Source: an uncultured Verrucomicrobiae bacterium (GTDB lineage: Bacteria > Verrucomicrobiota > Verrucomicrobiia > Limisphaerales > Palsa-1400). Taken from it: 64,000 bases of DNA. The stretch is taken from contig OY969763.1 in the NCBI GenBank assembly GCA_963702845.1, forward strand, positions 5,920,001 to 5,984,000. Direction: 5' to 3'. A model generated the notes under the pieces. That model saw nothing but the letters and a program-made list of their open reading frames with translations, ran no database searches and was not told the origin of the DNA. The position numbers and the translations under genes are program-made. Of the stretch, positions 27,372 to 39,170 are shown one piece after another; position 1 is the first letter of the stretch, and each line of letters begins with the position of its first letter.

Positions 27372-27842
27372 ATGAACACATCTAAATCACGCAGGAATCC
27401 GTGGCCAATCGCCATCGTCGCCTACTTCGCGGTGTTCATGACGTTTATCGTCTGCTTCATCGTGTTCGCCTCGCGTCAACGTGTCGACCTCGTCCGCGCG
27501 GATTACTACGAAGCTGAAATCAAATTTCAGCAGCAGATTGATCGCGTCGAACGCAGCCGTCCCACCGATGCGCAGGCTGCGCTCAACTACGACGCGCGAA
27601 CCGCTAAGATCGTTGTCCAACTCCCGCGCGATTCACGAACCGGAGCGTTCGGCAAAATTGAACTTTATCGCCCCTCCGACGCGCGCCAGGACAAAAACAT
27701 CAAGCTCGCCGCCGATCAAAACGGCACACAGCAAATCGATGTTCGCGGTCTCAAGTCCGGCTTGTGGAAAGTACGCGTGACCTGGACGTACGCGGGCCGG
27801 GAATACTTCGTCGAGAAACCGATCACGATCGCGAACTCATAA
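27372..27842 (+). CDS. ccoH: FixH/CcoH family protein
   Basis: 'NPWPIAI', 'DLVRADYYEAEIKFQ', 'LYRPSD'. Confidence 0.85.
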   Translation: MNTSKSRRNPWPIAIVAYFAVFMTFIVCFIVFASRQRVDLVRADYYEAEIKFQQQIDRVERSRPTDAQAALNYDARTAKIVVQLPRDSRTGAFGKIELYRPSDARQDKNIKLAADQNGTQQIDVRGLKSGLWKVRVTWTYAGREYFVEKPITIANS

Positions 27843-27843
27843 C

Positions 27844-28533
27844 GTGCAACTTTGGACGGCATTCATATTGGGACTCGCTGGCAGTCTTCACTGCGCCGCG
27901 ATGTGCGGTGCATTGGCGCTGCTGGTTCCGGTGGCTGGTCCGACTAAATCTGACCGGGTGTTGAGCCGCATCATATACAACGCCGGTCGCCTTCTGACAT
28001 ATACCGTTCTTGGTGCGTTGTTCGGATTGTTTGGTCGTGCGTTCGCGATCGCCGGTTTGCAACGGTGGTTATCGATCGGCGCAGGAATGTTGATCATTCT
28101 GGTTTTGGTATTGTCGATGCGGCCTATGGTTTCCGCGCCGTTGATGCGTTCGGTTGGATGGGTCCGCTCGAAATTCGGCATGCTCCTGCGAAAGCGGACA
28201 CTTGGTTCGATCGGTGGCCTGGGCGCGTTGAATGGATTGTTGCCGTGCGGGCTGGTTTATGTGGCGTGCGCCGGAAGCGCCAGCACGGGGGATGCGTTTA
28301 GTGGGATGGAATACATGTTCGTTTTCGGACTTGGCACAGTGCCAATGCTTCTTGCGATTGGCATTGGCGGGGCGTCGTTGAATCTAACTTCTCTTCGATT
28401 GAAACGTGTGGTTCCCATCGTGGCAGTTGTTGCGGGGGTGTTGTTAATTTTCCGTGGGTTAGCTTTGGGAATTCCTTACGTCAGCCCGGCTGCCGCCGGT
28501 CAGTGTCCCGCCTGCTGGCACGCACACCTCTGA
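27844..28533 (+). CDS. DsbD_2/sulfite exporter TauE-SafE-like membrane protein
   Basis: 'GSLHCAAMCG', 'YNAGRLLTY', 'NGLLPCGLVY', 'FGLGTVP'. Confidence 0.88.
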   Translation: MQLWTAFILGLAGSLHCAAMCGALALLVPVAGPTKSDRVLSRIIYNAGRLLTYTVLGALFGLFGRAFAIAGLQRWLSIGAGMLIILVLVLSMRPMVSAPLMRSVGWVRSKFGMLLRKRTLGSIGGLGALNGLLPCGLVYVACAGSASTGDAFSGMEYMFVFGLGTVPMLLAIGIGGASLNLTSLRLKRVVPIVAVVAGVLLIFRGLALGIPYVSPAAAGQCPACWHAHL

Positions 28534-28623
28534 TGACATCAGCAAGTTGCTGCAGGAAATGAATGCGTCGATCGCGCCCGCGGATGAATTCGTGCGGGCG
28601 ATGCCGAAGTGAGACGGGTCGCG

Positions 28624-29745
28624 TTATCTGTTTCCGATTGGCACGAATGGGCGCGGTTCGTGGCCGACGTAATCGGCCGTCGGGCGGATCAACCGGTTAT
28701 GGGCGCGTTGTTCGAAGATGTGTGCCGACCAACCTGAAATGCGCGAAATCACAAACAGAGGCGTGAACATCGGAGTCGGGATGCCTAAGAAGCGATACGC
28801 GGATGCACTGTAAAAATCCAGATTCGGGAACATTCCTTTTTCGCGGCGCATGATCGCTTCGAGGCGTTCGGATACAGGATAGATGACTTTGTCGCCAGCG
28901 GCTTCAGAAAGCTTCTTCGACCACACTTTGATTACGTCGGAGCGCGGGTCGGCTTTTTTGTAAACGCGATGGCCAAAACCCATAACCAGCTTCTTATCTT
29001 TTAACATCTGCAACAACGCGCATTCGGCCTGGTCTGGTGTTTGGAATTGTTCGATCAATTCCATCGCGGCTTCGTTTGCGCCGCCGTGGAGCGGTCCTTG
29101 CAACGCGCCAATGCCGCCGGTCACGGCTGAATAAAAATCGGCCATGGTTGAAGCGATGGTGCGACAGGTAAAGGTGGAAGCGTTAAATTCGTGTTCGGCG
29201 TAGAGAATCAGCGAAGCGTCCATGACGCGCACGTGCAATTCGGGCGCGGGTTTGCCGTGGAGCATTTGGAGGAAATGCGCGGCAATATTGGGTGCGTCGC
29301 TAGCGGTCTCGATGCGTTTGCCGCTATTGGTGAAGTGATACCAATATAGCAGCATCGACGGGAAAAGCGCGAGGAGGCGATTAGCGATGGCGAGTTGGTC
29401 GTGAGTTTCTGTTTCGCGTTCCATCGTGCCAAGCGCCGAGCAGCCGGTTCGCAGGACGTCCATGGGGTGAGCGTCTTTTGGGAGCTGTTCAAGAACAGTT
29501 TTGAGCGGCGCGGGAAGGCTTCGCAATGACTTCAGCGTTTTGCGATAGTTGTCCAGTTGGGTTTGAGTGGGGAGTTCGCCGTAGATGAGCAGGTAAGCGA
29601 CTTCTTCGAACGTCGCCTGGGCGGCGAGGTCTTCGATGGTATAGCCGCGATAGGTCAGGCCAAAACCTTCTTTGCCGACAGTGGCGATTGTGGTTTCTCC
29701 TGCAACGATTCCGGCAAGGCCGCCTGTTTTCTTTGGGTCACTCAT
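28624..29745 (-). CDS. prpC: 2-methylcitrate synthase
   Basis: 'EHEFNASTF', 'GPLHGGANE', 'MGFGHRVY', 'FPNLDFYS'; overlaps prpB. Confidence 0.92.
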   Translation of the reverse strand: MSDPKKTGGLAGIVAGETTIATVGKEGFGLTYRGYTIEDLAAQATFEEVAYLLIYGELPTQTQLDNYRKTLKSLRSLPAPLKTVLEQLPKDAHPMDVLRTGCSALGTMERETETHDQLAIANRLLALFPSMLLYWYHFTNSGKRIETASDAPNIAAHFLQMLHGKPAPELHVRVMDASLILYAEHEFNASTFTCRTIASTMADFYSAVTGGIGALQGPLHGGANEAAMELIEQFQTPDQAECALLQMLKDKKLVMGFGHRVYKKADPRSDVIKVWSKKLSEAAGDKVIYPVSERLEAIMRREKGMFPNLDFYSASAYRFLGIPTPMFTPLFVISRISGWSAHIFEQRAHNRLIRPTADYVGHEPRPFVPIGNR

Positions 29746-30640
29746 GGTTTTTTCCTTTTGTAAATAAGTCGTCCAGCTTCGCTTCGTAAGCGTGGTAATT
29801 CAAAACTTCGTAGAGGTCCTTGCGCGTCTGCATTTTGTCGAGCACGGCTTTTTGAGTGCCGTCCTGGCGAATCGCGTGAAAGACTTCGAGAGCGGCGGCG
29901 CTTTGGGCTCGGAATGCGGACAACGGATAAAGCGCCATGCTGACGCCGGCGTCGGCGAGTTCTTTGGTGGTGAAGAGCGGTGTTTTGCCAAACTCGGTAA
30001 TGTTGGCCAAAACGGGAACGCAGATGGCGCTGCAAAATTGTTTGTATTCTTCGAGCGTGGTGAGGGCTTCTGCGAAGATCATGTCAGCGCCGGCTTCGTG
30101 GTAAGCGTAGGCGCGGTCAATGGCGGCTTTTACACCTTCGTTGGCGGCGGCGTCGGTGCGGGCCATGATCACGAAATTTTTGTCGGTCTTCGCGTCGGCA
30201 GCGGCTTTGACGCGGTCACACATTTCTTCGCGGCTGACGAGTTCTTTGCCTGGACGATGGCCGCAACGTTTGGCGGCGACCTGGTCTTCGATGTGCACGG
30301 CCGCAGCGCCGGCTTTGATCATTTCGCGAATAGTCCGTTGAATGCCGAAGGCGCTGCCCCAACCAGTATCGATGTCTACCAGCAACGGCAGTGAACACGC
30401 GGCTGTGAGGCGACGGACGTCTTCGAGCACGTCGTTGAGTGAAGTGACGCCGAGGTCCGGCAGGCCATAAGAGGCGTTGGCGACGCCCGCGCCGGATAGA
30501 TATATGGCGCGGAATCCAGAGCGTTCGGCCAGCATCGCGGTGTAGGCATTGACGGCGCCGACAATTTGCAACGGCTTTTCCTGCTGCAGGGCGGCCCGGA
30601 ATTTGGCCCCGGCGGAAGTGCTCGCGACTGGTTCAGACAT
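29738..30640 (-). CDS. prpB: Methylisocitrate lyase
   Basis: '[17 protein letters not shown]', '[11 protein letters not shown]'. Confidence 0.95.
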   Translation of the reverse strand: MSEPVASTSAGAKFRAALQQEKPLQIVGAVNAYTAMLAERSGFRAIYLSGAGVANASYGLPDLGVTSLNDVLEDVRRLTAACSLPLLVDIDTGWGSAFGIQRTIREMIKAGAAAVHIEDQVAAKRCGHRPGKELVSREEMCDRVKAAADAKTDKNFVIMARTDAAANEGVKAAIDRAYAYHEAGADMIFAEALTTLEEYKQFCSAICVPVLANITEFGKTPLFTTKELADAGVSMALYPLSAFRAQSAAALEVFHAIRQDGTQKAVLDKMQTRKDLYEVLNYHAYEAKLDDLFTKGKNHE

Positions 30641-30711
30641 GGGCGATTATTTAACCACCAAGACGCCAAGACTCAAATCAGAAATCGCGGACAATGACGT
30701 CCACATTCCGA

Positions 30712-32082
30712 TCAGCGCGAGGCGATGCCGTGCTCTTTTTCGTAGGTCTGGAAATCGCCGGTAGGTTCTTCGTGAAGTTCGGCATGGCCGTCAGCAAACC
30801 CGTAGACTTTGGCCCATTTACCCTGAGGTGTGCGAACAGGTTGTGGTTCGCGCAAAACGATTGTTTCAGAGGGGTTTTTGAGATCGTTGAGAGAACCCTG
30901 ATAGACAATGTCGAACTGGTTTGTGCCGGAGAGCGGGTAGTTGCCGGAGTATGCATTAAGGTCGTCCACGTTTTGCGGAAGTTTCCCGCCATGTTCGTTT
31001 GCGTGCATGATGAGCATGGTCACGATATTGCGACTATCTCGCCCGCGAGATGCCCAATAGGGTTCCTGATTTTGATCTGAGTCGGCTGCCGCGGTTGGGG
31101 TGGGGGCCGTCGATTGTCGCGTGGGGCGGGTTGATGCTGTCCGTTTTGTGTCCGTTGAACGAACCACACCGCGCAGCTTGAGCAGCTCTCGCATTTGTTT
31201 CTCTTGCGCGGTTTGCGCGTCGGCGAGGTTATTGGAAAGGTTGGCGTTGTCATCGGCTAAAGCGGCCAGTTGTTTTTTTGCTTTGGCTAATTCCAATTCG
31301 GCGTTCGATTTGAGTCTGGCCTCGTGCATTACAAATAGAGGTGTGGTGATTGCAATGGTGACGATTGCTCCTGCAATCGCCGCGTGGGTTTTGGTGAATG
31401 CCATAATTTTAATTGCGGTTGTTGCTGCGCCGGTTGCGAGAGAAGTTGCGAGCGCAGCACTTGCGACTTTGATAGCCAGGCCAGCAGGCGCTGCGTTGAC
31501 GGCTTCGGCGGCTAACGCCGTTCCGAGTGCAACTGCGCTCATGCTGATGCCCTGGCGTTTGAGGGTGAGTTGAAGTTTTTGCAACGCGCGATTGACCCGC
31601 ATTCGGGCGGCGTCTTCATTGCTGCCGAGTGCGGCACCGATGGCGCGGAAATCGTGCTGTTCGAAGAAACGCAAGAGGATGGCGGTGCGGTCTTCGGCGT
31701 CGAGATTGTTGATCGCTTCGTCAAGAACCGGAGCGACGGTGCGGAGGTTGGCTTCTGAATGATCTCGGGTCAGCTTCATAAGCAGAGCCTCACGTTCGCG
31801 CGCCGCGCGGCGTCGGTCGGTGCGCAACATTTTGCTCGCGACAAAACAGGTATCGCGATGGAGCCAGCCGCCGAGAGCGCTATCACGCGAGAGCTTGCGA
31901 GCGTTTCGCGCTAAATCGACGAAGACGGTCTGAACAACATCCTCGGCGAGATGGGTGTCTCCGCCGACTATTCGCAAGGCCGCGGAGTAGACAAAATTGA
32001 TGTAGCGCGATACCAATTCGCGAAAGGCTGTTTCGGAACCGTTCTCCGCGTAATCCGAAAGCAATTGGCTGGTTTCGCTCAT
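30712..32082 (-). CDS. ECF sigma factor with TM segment and long C-terminal extension
   Basis: 'AFRELVSRY', 'AEDVVQTVF', 'LDEAINNL..EDRTAILLRFFE', 'AARMRVNRAL'; C-terminal 'VYGFADGHAE'. Confidence 0.88.
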   Translation of the reverse strand: MSETSQLLSDYAENGSETAFRELVSRYINFVYSAALRIVGGDTHLAEDVVQTVFVDLARNARKLSRDSALGGWLHRDTCFVASKMLRTDRRRAAREREALLMKLTRDHSEANLRTVAPVLDEAINNLDAEDRTAILLRFFEQHDFRAIGAALGSNEDAARMRVNRALQKLQLTLKRQGISMSAVALGTALAAEAVNAAPAGLAIKVASAALATSLATGAATTAIKIMAFTKTHAAIAGAIVTIAITTPLFVMHEARLKSNAELELAKAKKQLAALADDNANLSNNLADAQTAQEKQMRELLKLRGVVRSTDTKRTASTRPTRQSTAPTPTAAADSDQNQEPYWASRGRDSRNIVTMLIMHANEHGGKLPQNVDDLNAYSGNYPLSGTNQFDIVYQGSLNDLKNPSETIVLREPQPVRTPQGKWAKVYGFADGHAELHEEPTGDFQTYEKEHGIASR

Positions 32083-32196
32083 CTCTTTAAGAGTAAGAAC
32101 CCGCTGGAATTGAAAACCGAACAAATAATTTTGGGTCGAACCGGGAGTTAAACGGCTTGTTTAGGTGCGTGGGGTCGGGGTAGCATACGATTGGAA

Positions 32197-32754
32197 ATGA
32201 GTGTTCCATCCCAGGTCGTTCTTGGTGTTACGGGCTCCATTGCTGCTCACAAGGCCGCCGATCTTGCTTCTCTGCTCACAAAGGCAGGTTGCAACGTGCG
32301 CGTGGTCATGACGGCGGATGCGCAGAAGTTTATAACGCCGCTGCCATTCAAAACGCTTTCGCGCAATCCGGTCGTGACGGATTTGTACGACGAGGAGGAA
32401 GGTTGGAAACCAACCCACATTCGACTCGCTGATGAAGCGAATTTGATGGTGATCGCGCCCGCGACGGCGCAGACGATCGCGAAACTGGCACACGGTTTGG
32501 CCGACGATGCGCTGACGTGCATCGTCCTTGCGCTGAATCCTGAGGCGAAGATGTTGGTTGCTCCCGCGATGAACGGAAAGATGTGGATGCATCCTGCAAC
32601 TCAGGAAAATGTCGCGACACTCAAAAAACGCGGCGTGCAATTTATCGGTCCTGATAAGGGAATGCTGAGCTGCGGCTACGAAGGCCTGGGACGTTTATGG
32701 AATGTTGAGGAGATTGCGAAACAGGCAGTCGCTTTATTAGGCAAACAGGCATGA
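32197..32754 (+). CDS. coaC: Phosphopantothenoylcysteine decarboxylase (stand-alone CoaC domain)
   Basis: 'LGVTGSIAAHKA', 'APATA', 'PAMN..MW', 'LSCGYEGLGRL'. Confidence 0.9.
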   Translation: MSVPSQVVLGVTGSIAAHKAADLASLLTKAGCNVRVVMTADAQKFITPLPFKTLSRNPVVTDLYDEEEGWKPTHIRLADEANLMVIAPATAQTIAKLAHGLADDALTCIVLALNPEAKMLVAPAMNGKMWMHPATQENVATLKKRGVQFIGPDKGMLSCGYEGLGRLWNVEEIAKQAVALLGKQA

Positions 32755-34356
32755 ACGTCCCCGGCGGGCAAATCTTTCAAAAGCTGACCCGGTTGCTCGC
32801 CGCGCCAACGGTCGAACCGAATCAGCGCGCCGCGCGCATTCTCGCGGTGGAAAAAGACATCGTCATGCCGATCAAAGGCCTGCTGGTGTTGATCCTGATT
32901 GTTTGGTTCCTGCAAAACCATTCGTCGCCTGACGTTCCCGAAATGGCGTTGTTGAGCGAAAGCGCGCGACAAATGACGTGGTCGTGGATTCGAATCTTTT
33001 TTTGGTTCTATATAGCAGTAAACGGCGCGATGGCCGGTTTTTATATTTCCGGCCGACCTTCGTCTCTGAAGGCAATTCAATGGACGGTGTTCGCAATGGG
33101 CGTGCTGGATTGCGCGCTGATCGTTGCACTCACGTTTTTGACGAACGGTTACGACACGATTGTCTATTGGGCCTTTCCAGTTTTGATTTTGCGCAATGCG
33201 ATGTCGATTCCAGTCGCATTTCCGCAACTTGCTTTGAACGTCCTGTTGAGTTGTTGTTACCTGTTTGGCGGTATGGCGGATAAGGCGGCGAGAATTTCTG
33301 ACGGCGCGCGCTGGAATATTTTGCAGAAAATCGACAAGGCCAACATGGACGCACTCAAGCGCGAGAAGGAGAAGGAGCGCTCGACGCAAAGCCGAGATCA
33401 TGTCGGCACGAATACGCACCACACAGTGCACTCCGCTGTTCTGTCGTCGCCGGAAGCGGCGGCGCAGGCGATCAATAGCGCCAGTCCCGAAGAGTTTAAA
33501 GCTGCGTGGAACACCGCTCTGGCTGACTACGAGAGCCGTCCGGACCGCGAAGATCAACGGGAACGATTTATCGTGCTGCTAACCTGGGCAATCTGTTGCT
33601 ATGGGATTCAAGCGCTATTCGAGAAACAAAAGAAGGCTGAGGCTGAAGCGACCGAATTTGCCGTTCGCCAGGAACGTTTGCACACCGCAGGCCGGCTCGC
33701 CGCGGAAATTGCCCACCAAATTAAAAACCCACTGGGCATCATCACTAACGCTGCGTTCTGCCTGCAGCGCTCAGTTCATGAGGGCAGCACGGCCGTCGAC
33801 GAACAGGTGCAGATTATTCGTGAAGAAATTCATCGCGCCGACCAGATCATCACCGAGCTGATGGGCTACGCGCAGCTGGCCGAAGGCACCGTAGAGAAGC
33901 TCGAGGTTGATACCGAAGTGGATCAGGCGATTCTCGACGTGTTCCCGCGCGCTTCTAAATACGACATTTTGATCCGACGCGATTACGCGCCGACCTTGCC
34001 GGCGTTGCTTATGCAAAAGCGGCATTTTTCGGGTGTGCTGGTAAACATCATTCAAAACGCGCGCGAAGCGATGAATGGCCACGGCCAGATCGACGTAACG
34101 ATCCGCTATGACGAAAACGAATCTATTTTGATTACTATTGGCGATAACGGACCGGGCATTGCACCAGACAAAATCGATAAAATTTTCCAGGCCTATTTCA
34201 CGACGCGCGCAAAAGGCACTGGCCTTGGTCTGGCCATCGTTAAGCACAACACTGAAATGTACGGTGGCACGGTGCACGTTGGAATCGGAGCTTGGAAAGG
34301 GCACACGGTTCCTGCTAAAATTCCCGGCGAGGATTTTAATGAAACTGAATAAATGA
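32751..34356 (+). CDS. Membrane sensor histidine kinase, apparent +1 frameshift near 34280
   Basis: 'AHQIKNPL', 'NIIQNA', 'DNGPGI', 'KGTGLGL'. Removing one base gives 'HVESELGKGTRF...KLNK*' with an ATGA overlap to the next gene. Confidence 0.88.
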
Positions 34357-35768
34357 GACGGCCCCTTCCCCCAGTTCTCGTAGTCGACGACGAAAAGAAC
34401 ATGCGTCTGTCCCTGCGCTCGATTTTAGCGGGCGAAGGTTATGACATGCGTCTGGTCGAGTCGGCAGAGGAAGGTCTTGCGCATTTGGAGAAGGAAGAAT
34501 TCTTCATGGTCATCACCGATGCGCGCCTCGGCGGGATGAGTGGTTATGAATTTCTGAGCACGGCGTGCAAGCGTTGGCCGAAGACGCCATTTCTGATGAT
34601 TACGGCGTATGCGACGCCGAAGCTCGCGGTCGAAGCGATCAAGTCAGGTGCAATCGATTATCTTGCGAAGCCGTTTGCCCCGGAAGAATTGCTCCACGCC
34701 GTAGCGCGTTGCGCGGAACGCTTTCATCTCTTGCGTGAAAATGCGACGTTGCGCGAGCATGCGGTGGAAGTTTACCACCTCGATCGTATCGTCGGCCAAT
34801 CGCTGAACATGGTGGACTTGCGCAAACTCATTCAAAGCGTCGCGCCGACAAATGCGACGGTTTTGATTTTGGGCGAAAGCGGCACGGGCAAGGAACTGAT
34901 TGCCGGTGCGTTGCACAGTTTAAGTCAGCGTAAAAACAACAATTACATTCGCATCAACTGCGCGGCCATTCCCGAGAACTTGCTGGAAAGCGAACTGTTT
35001 GGCCACGAAAAGGGTGCCTTTACCGGCGCGATTCGTCAGAAACTCGGCCGAGTTGAAGAGGCTGATGGCGGCACTATTTTCCTGGACGAAATCGGTGATA
35101 TGAGCCGGCCGCTGCAAGCGAAGCTGCTGCGGTTTTTGGAAGATGGCACATTCACGCGAGTCGGCGGTAATGACGAATTGAAGGTTGACGTGCGCCTCAT
35201 CGCCGCCACGAATCGCGACATCATCGAAGCGATCCGTCAAAATAATTTTCGGGAAGACTTGTTCCATCGATTGAACGTCGTGCAGTTCCGTCCACCGCCC
35301 TTGCGCGAGCGTGGTACTGATGTTGTGGTGCTGGCTGAGAATTTCCTCGCCCACTACAACCAGTCGATGAATAAACACGTTAAAGGGTTGTCCAACGCTG
35401 CAAAACAAAAGCTGTTGGGTCATCATTGGCCGGGCAACGTGCGCGAGCTTCGTAATGTCATCGAACGCGCGGTCATTTTGGAAACGGCAGCGGAAATTCA
35501 ACCCGGCAGTCTGCCGGATTTCCACCTCGAAGGCCGGTTGCGCAAGTCCGAAGACGCGCCAGCAATCGCGACAGGGGATCGGTCGCTCGACGATATTATG
35601 GCGGATTTCGAACGACAGCTCGTCAGCAATACCCTGGAACAAAATCGTTACAATCTTTCTAAGACCGCCGAACAGCTCAAAATCAGTCGTCATGCTTTGC
35701 GGTATCGCATGCAACGGCTGAATATGAGCACGGATGGGCAGGGTGACGAACCCGGCGCACCGGTGTAG
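34353..35768 (+). CDS. sigma54-dependent response regulator (NtrC family)
   Basis: Receiver domain, GESGTGKE, GAFTGA, 'WPGNVREL', C-terminal Fis HTH. Confidence 0.95.
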   Translation: MRRPLPPVLVVDDEKNMRLSLRSILAGEGYDMRLVESAEEGLAHLEKEEFFMVITDARLGGMSGYEFLSTACKRWPKTPFLMITAYATPKLAVEAIKSGAIDYLAKPFAPEELLHAVARCAERFHLLRENATLREHAVEVYHLDRIVGQSLNMVDLRKLIQSVAPTNATVLILGESGTGKELIAGALHSLSQRKNNNYIRINCAAIPENLLESELFGHEKGAFTGAIRQKLGRVEEADGGTIFLDEIGDMSRPLQAKLLRFLEDGTFTRVGGNDELKVDVRLIAATNRDIIEAIRQNNFREDLFHRLNVVQFRPPPLRERGTDVVVLAENFLAHYNQSMNKHVKGLSNAAKQKLLGHHWPGNVRELRNVIERAVILETAAEIQPGSLPDFHLEGRLRKSEDAPAIATGDRSLDDIMADFERQLVSNTLEQNRYNLSKTAEQLKISRHALRYRMQRLNMSTDGQGDEPGAPV

Positions 35769-35774
35769 TTTTCA

Positions 35775-35803
35775 GTAGCAGCCGACGTAAGTAGGCTCTA
35801 ACT
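35775..35803 (+). repeat. GTAG-type REP-like element
   Basis: GTAGCAGCCGACGTAAGTAGGCTCTAACT; 26/29 identical to the reverse complement of 39130-39158. Confidence 0.75.
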
Positions 35804-35810
35804 TCCAAAC

Positions 35811-37007
35811 GTGTTTATTGATGAAGTCAAAGTGTATGCGCGCGCCGGACACGGCGGTAAAGGCTGCGTTGCCTTTCTGCGCGAGACGTTCCGTCCCAAA
35901 GGCGGCCCAAGCGGCGGCAATGGGGGGCGCGGCGGCAATGTCATTCTTCAGGCCGATCACGACCTGAACAATCTCATCAATCAATTCTACACGCCACGCT
36001 TGCTTGCCCAGGATGGCGAGGCAGGAATGGGTAAGGGGATGGACGGGCACGCGGGAAAAGATCTCATCATCAAGGTTCCTTGCGGAACGCTTGTATGGAA
36101 ACTTCGCGACACGACACCGAGCAACGATCCGGAAGCCGATGAGGACGAGGGTGAAGAATCCGAGGTGCCGGTGAAAAAACCGATGGGGTTCATGACCAGC
36201 ACGAGTAATCGTCCAGTGCTTCGCCGTGCCGGCGCCGACCGTGCTATGGAAATTGATTTGTCGGAAGAAAGCGAAACCGAATCTACCAAGCCGATCGAAG
36301 AAGGCGAGTTGGTGGCTGACCTCACCGAACATGGTCAGCAATTTATTTTATGCAAAGGCGGCCGCGGTGGTTTGGGCAATCGCAACTTTGCGACAGCGCG
36401 TCGTCAAACACCGCGTTTTGCTCAACCTGGCGAGCATGGGCTTGAAGGAGACTATCGACTGGAACTGCGCATCATAGCGGAGGTCGGTCTCGTCGGGTAC
36501 CCGAATGCCGGAAAGTCGACTCTTCTGACTGCAATTTCCAAGGCACGTCCAAAAGTCGCCGCGTATCCTTTCACGACTCTCCATCCGCAAATCGGCATCG
36601 TCGAGTATGCCGATTTCAAACGCCTGACCGTTTGTGATGTGCCGGGTTTAATCGAAGGCGCGCACAACAATGTGGGACTCGGCCACAAGTTCCTGCGCCA
36701 CATCGAGCGCTGCAAACTCATCGTGCTCTTGCTCGACATGGCTGGGACTGACAACCGAAAGCCCTGGGACGATTACAAGCAACTGCTCAGTGAGCTCGAG
36801 CTTTACGATGAAGGGCTTGTGGATAAACCGCGAATCGTCGTTGCCAATAAAATGGACGAAGCTGTCGCTGAAGAGAACTTGAAGGCCTTCAAACGTAAAT
36901 TCCGCAAGGTGCCTGTCCTTCCGATTTCGGCGGCATTTGACGAAGGTGTCGCGAAGTTCAAAGATACCATTCGCGAAGCTGTCGTAGTCGCAGAGAAGAC
37001 AGACTGA
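35811..37007 (+). CDS. obgE: GTPase ObgE/CgtA
   Basis: Gly-rich Obg fold, [21 protein letters not shown]. Confidence 0.96.
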   Translation: MFIDEVKVYARAGHGGKGCVAFLRETFRPKGGPSGGNGGRGGNVILQADHDLNNLINQFYTPRLLAQDGEAGMGKGMDGHAGKDLIIKVPCGTLVWKLRDTTPSNDPEADEDEGEESEVPVKKPMGFMTSTSNRPVLRRAGADRAMEIDLSEESETESTKPIEEGELVADLTEHGQQFILCKGGRGGLGNRNFATARRQTPRFAQPGEHGLEGDYRLELRIIAEVGLVGYPNAGKSTLLTAISKARPKVAAYPFTTLHPQIGIVEYADFKRLTVCDVPGLIEGAHNNVGLGHKFLRHIERCKLIVLLLDMAGTDNRKPWDDYKQLLSELELYDEGLVDKPRIVVANKMDEAVAEENLKAFKRKFRKVPVLPISAAFDEGVAKFKDTIREAVVVAEKTD

Positions 37008-37029
37008 GCCCGCGTTCGGACGCGCTCGT

Positions 37030-37058
37030 TTGACACTAAATTCCGCTGCCCGTACGTT
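37030..37058 (+). promoter_or_regulatory. sigma70 promoter of uvrB (likely leaderless)
   Basis: TTGACA-N17-TACGTT, 7 nt before ATG 37066. Confidence 0.7.
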
Positions 37059-37065
37059 TGTTGTT

Positions 37066-39096
37066 ATGTTCGAGCTCGTCTCGTCTTATCAGCCAGCTGG
37101 AGATCAGCCCAACGCCATTGCGAAGCTGACCGAAGGCGCATTGGCTGGCGCGAAGCATCAGACGTTGGTCGGCGTGACTGGTTCCGGGAAAACATTCACG
37201 GTAGCGAACGTGATCAAAAACGTTCAGAAACCGACGTTAGTCATCTCGCACAATAAAACATTAGCGGCGCAACTTTACGCTGAGTTTAAAAGTTTCTTTC
37301 CTCGAAATGCTGTCGAATATTTCGTCAGCTATTTCGATTATTATCAGCCAGAGGCTTACATTCCGCGCACAGACACGTTCATCGAAAAAGATTCGAGCGT
37401 GAACGAAGAAATCGAACGGATGCGCCTCTCGACCATGAGTTCGCTCATGACCCGCCGTGATGTCGTTGTGGTCGCGAGCGTCTCGTGCATCTACGGCATC
37501 GGCAGCAAGGAAGACTACGAAGCCCTGATCCTGCCGCTTCGCCTCGGCCCTGGCGTCTCACGCGATCAAGCGCTGGGCCGTCTCGTCGACCTGCAATATT
37601 CCCGCAACGACATTGCGTTCGAACGTGGCCAGTTTCGGGTGCGTGGCGATGTGGTCGAAGTGCGTCCTGCCGGACGCGAAGATGCGTTGCGTATCGAATT
37701 CTTTGGCGAAGATATTGAGCGCATCACCTATTTCGAGCCGCTGACCGGCGAGAAACTTGATTCGCCAGATTCGGTTATTATTTTTCCGGCGAAACAATTC
37801 GTTACTCCTGAAACGAAAATCAAACGTGCTTTGCTGGCGATTCGCGAAGAACTCGGTGATCGCATCGCCTGGTTTGAAGCGCGCGGCAAACTCATCGAAG
37901 CGCAACGCATCAAGATGCGCACCGAATATGATCTGGAAATGATGGAAGAAATGGGTTTCTGCTCCGGAATCGAAAATTATTCGCGCCACCTCGCGCAACG
38001 TCCGCCGGGTTCGCGGCCGGGCACGCTCATCGATTTTTTTCCGTCCGATTACATGCTCATCCTTGACGAGTCGCATGCGACCGTTCCGCAAATTGGCGGT
38101 ATGTATGCCGGTGACAAGTCGCGAAAAACCGTTCTTGTCGAACACGGTTTCCGTCTGCCGAGCGCATTGGACAATCGGCCGCTGAACTTCGAGGAATTCC
38201 AATCGCTCCAGGGACAGACCATTTACGTCAGTGCAACGCCGCAAACCCAGGAACTCATCTGGTCGCAGGGCCGCGTTGTGGAACAAATTGTGCGCCCGAC
38301 AGGCTTAATCGATCCCACGATTACGATTAAACCGCTCAAAGGCCAGATCGACGATTTGATTGAAGCAGTTCGTAAGTGCATCGACAAAAAAGAACGCACA
38401 CTCGTCACGACATTGACCAAGCGCACTGCTGAAGAATTGACAGATTACCTGCGCGATATCGGCATCAACGTCCGGTATTTGCACAGTGAAATCGATGCGA
38501 TCGAACGCGTGGAAATCTTGCGCTCGCTGCGCAAAGGCGACTTCGATGTCCTCGTGGGCATTAACCTGTTGCGCGAAGGTCTGGATCTGCCCGAAGTGTC
38601 GCTCGTTGCCATTCTCGATGCTGACAAAGAAGGTTACTTGCGCAGTGCAACCAGTCTCATCCAGACCGCCGGTCGCGCCGCTCGCCACATTAATGGTGAA
38701 GTCATCCTCTACGCCGACGTGATCACGGAGAGCATCAAAAAGTTTCTTCACGTGTCCAATTATCGTCGTGAGAAACAACTCGCCTATAACAAAGAGCACA
38801 ACATCACACCCAGAACAGTCGTTCGTGCGGTTGAGGACAGTTTGGCCGTTTATCAGAACACCCGCAAAAGAGCCGACCACCTTTTGCGCGAAGGTAACGC
38901 CGATTTCGACGTCACCCAGACCATTGCTCAACTTCAGCAGGAGATGGTGGAAGCGGCGGATAATTTACAGTTCGAGCGCGCCGCCCTGTTGCGCGATCAG
39001 GTCCGCGAGTTGAAGCAATCTGTCGGCGAGCCTGCTCCCAAGGCGCAGTCCAAAGCTTCGTATCGCAAACAGAAGCGGTCGCAGGTTCGGCCTTAG
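37066..39096 (+). CDS. uvrB: Excinuclease ABC subunit B
   Basis: 'GVTGSGKT', 'DYYQPEAY', 'DESH', '[10 protein letters not shown]', C-terminal UVR domain. Confidence 0.97.
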   Translation: MFELVSSYQPAGDQPNAIAKLTEGALAGAKHQTLVGVTGSGKTFTVANVIKNVQKPTLVISHNKTLAAQLYAEFKSFFPRNAVEYFVSYFDYYQPEAYIPRTDTFIEKDSSVNEEIERMRLSTMSSLMTRRDVVVVASVSCIYGIGSKEDYEALILPLRLGPGVSRDQALGRLVDLQYSRNDIAFERGQFRVRGDVVEVRPAGREDALRIEFFGEDIERITYFEPLTGEKLDSPDSVIIFPAKQFVTPETKIKRALLAIREELGDRIAWFEARGKLIEAQRIKMRTEYDLEMMEEMGFCSGIENYSRHLAQRPPGSRPGTLIDFFPSDYMLILDESHATVPQIGGMYAGDKSRKTVLVEHGFRLPSALDNRPLNFEEFQSLQGQTIYVSATPQTQELIWSQGRVVEQIVRPTGLIDPTITIKPLKGQIDDLIEAVRKCIDKKERTLVTTLTKRTAEELTDYLRDIGINVRYLHSEIDAIERVEILRSLRKGDFDVLVGINLLREGLDLPEVSLVAILDADKEGYLRSATSLIQTAGRAARHINGEVILYADVITESIKKFLHVSNYRREKQLAYNKEHNITPRTVVRAVEDSLAVYQNTRKRADHLLREGNADFDVTQTIAQLQQEMVEAADNLQFERAALLRDQVRELKQSVGEPAPKAQSKASYRKQKRSQVRP

Positions 39097-39129
39097 CAGA
39101 GGCAGGTTTGAACATATTAGATGAATAAA

Positions 39130-39158
39130 AGTTAGAGCCTCCTCACATCGGCTGCTAC
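39130..39158 (-). repeat. GTAG-type REP-like element (inverted copy)
   Basis: Minus strand GTAGCAGCCGATGTGAGGAGGCTCTAACT. Confidence 0.75.
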
Positions 39159-39170
39159 AATCTTTGGCTG

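Noticed and set aside
35775..39158. Composite transposon carrying obgE-uvrB
   Set aside because: No transposase and no target duplication seen; the flanks are short REP-like repeats around core genes.
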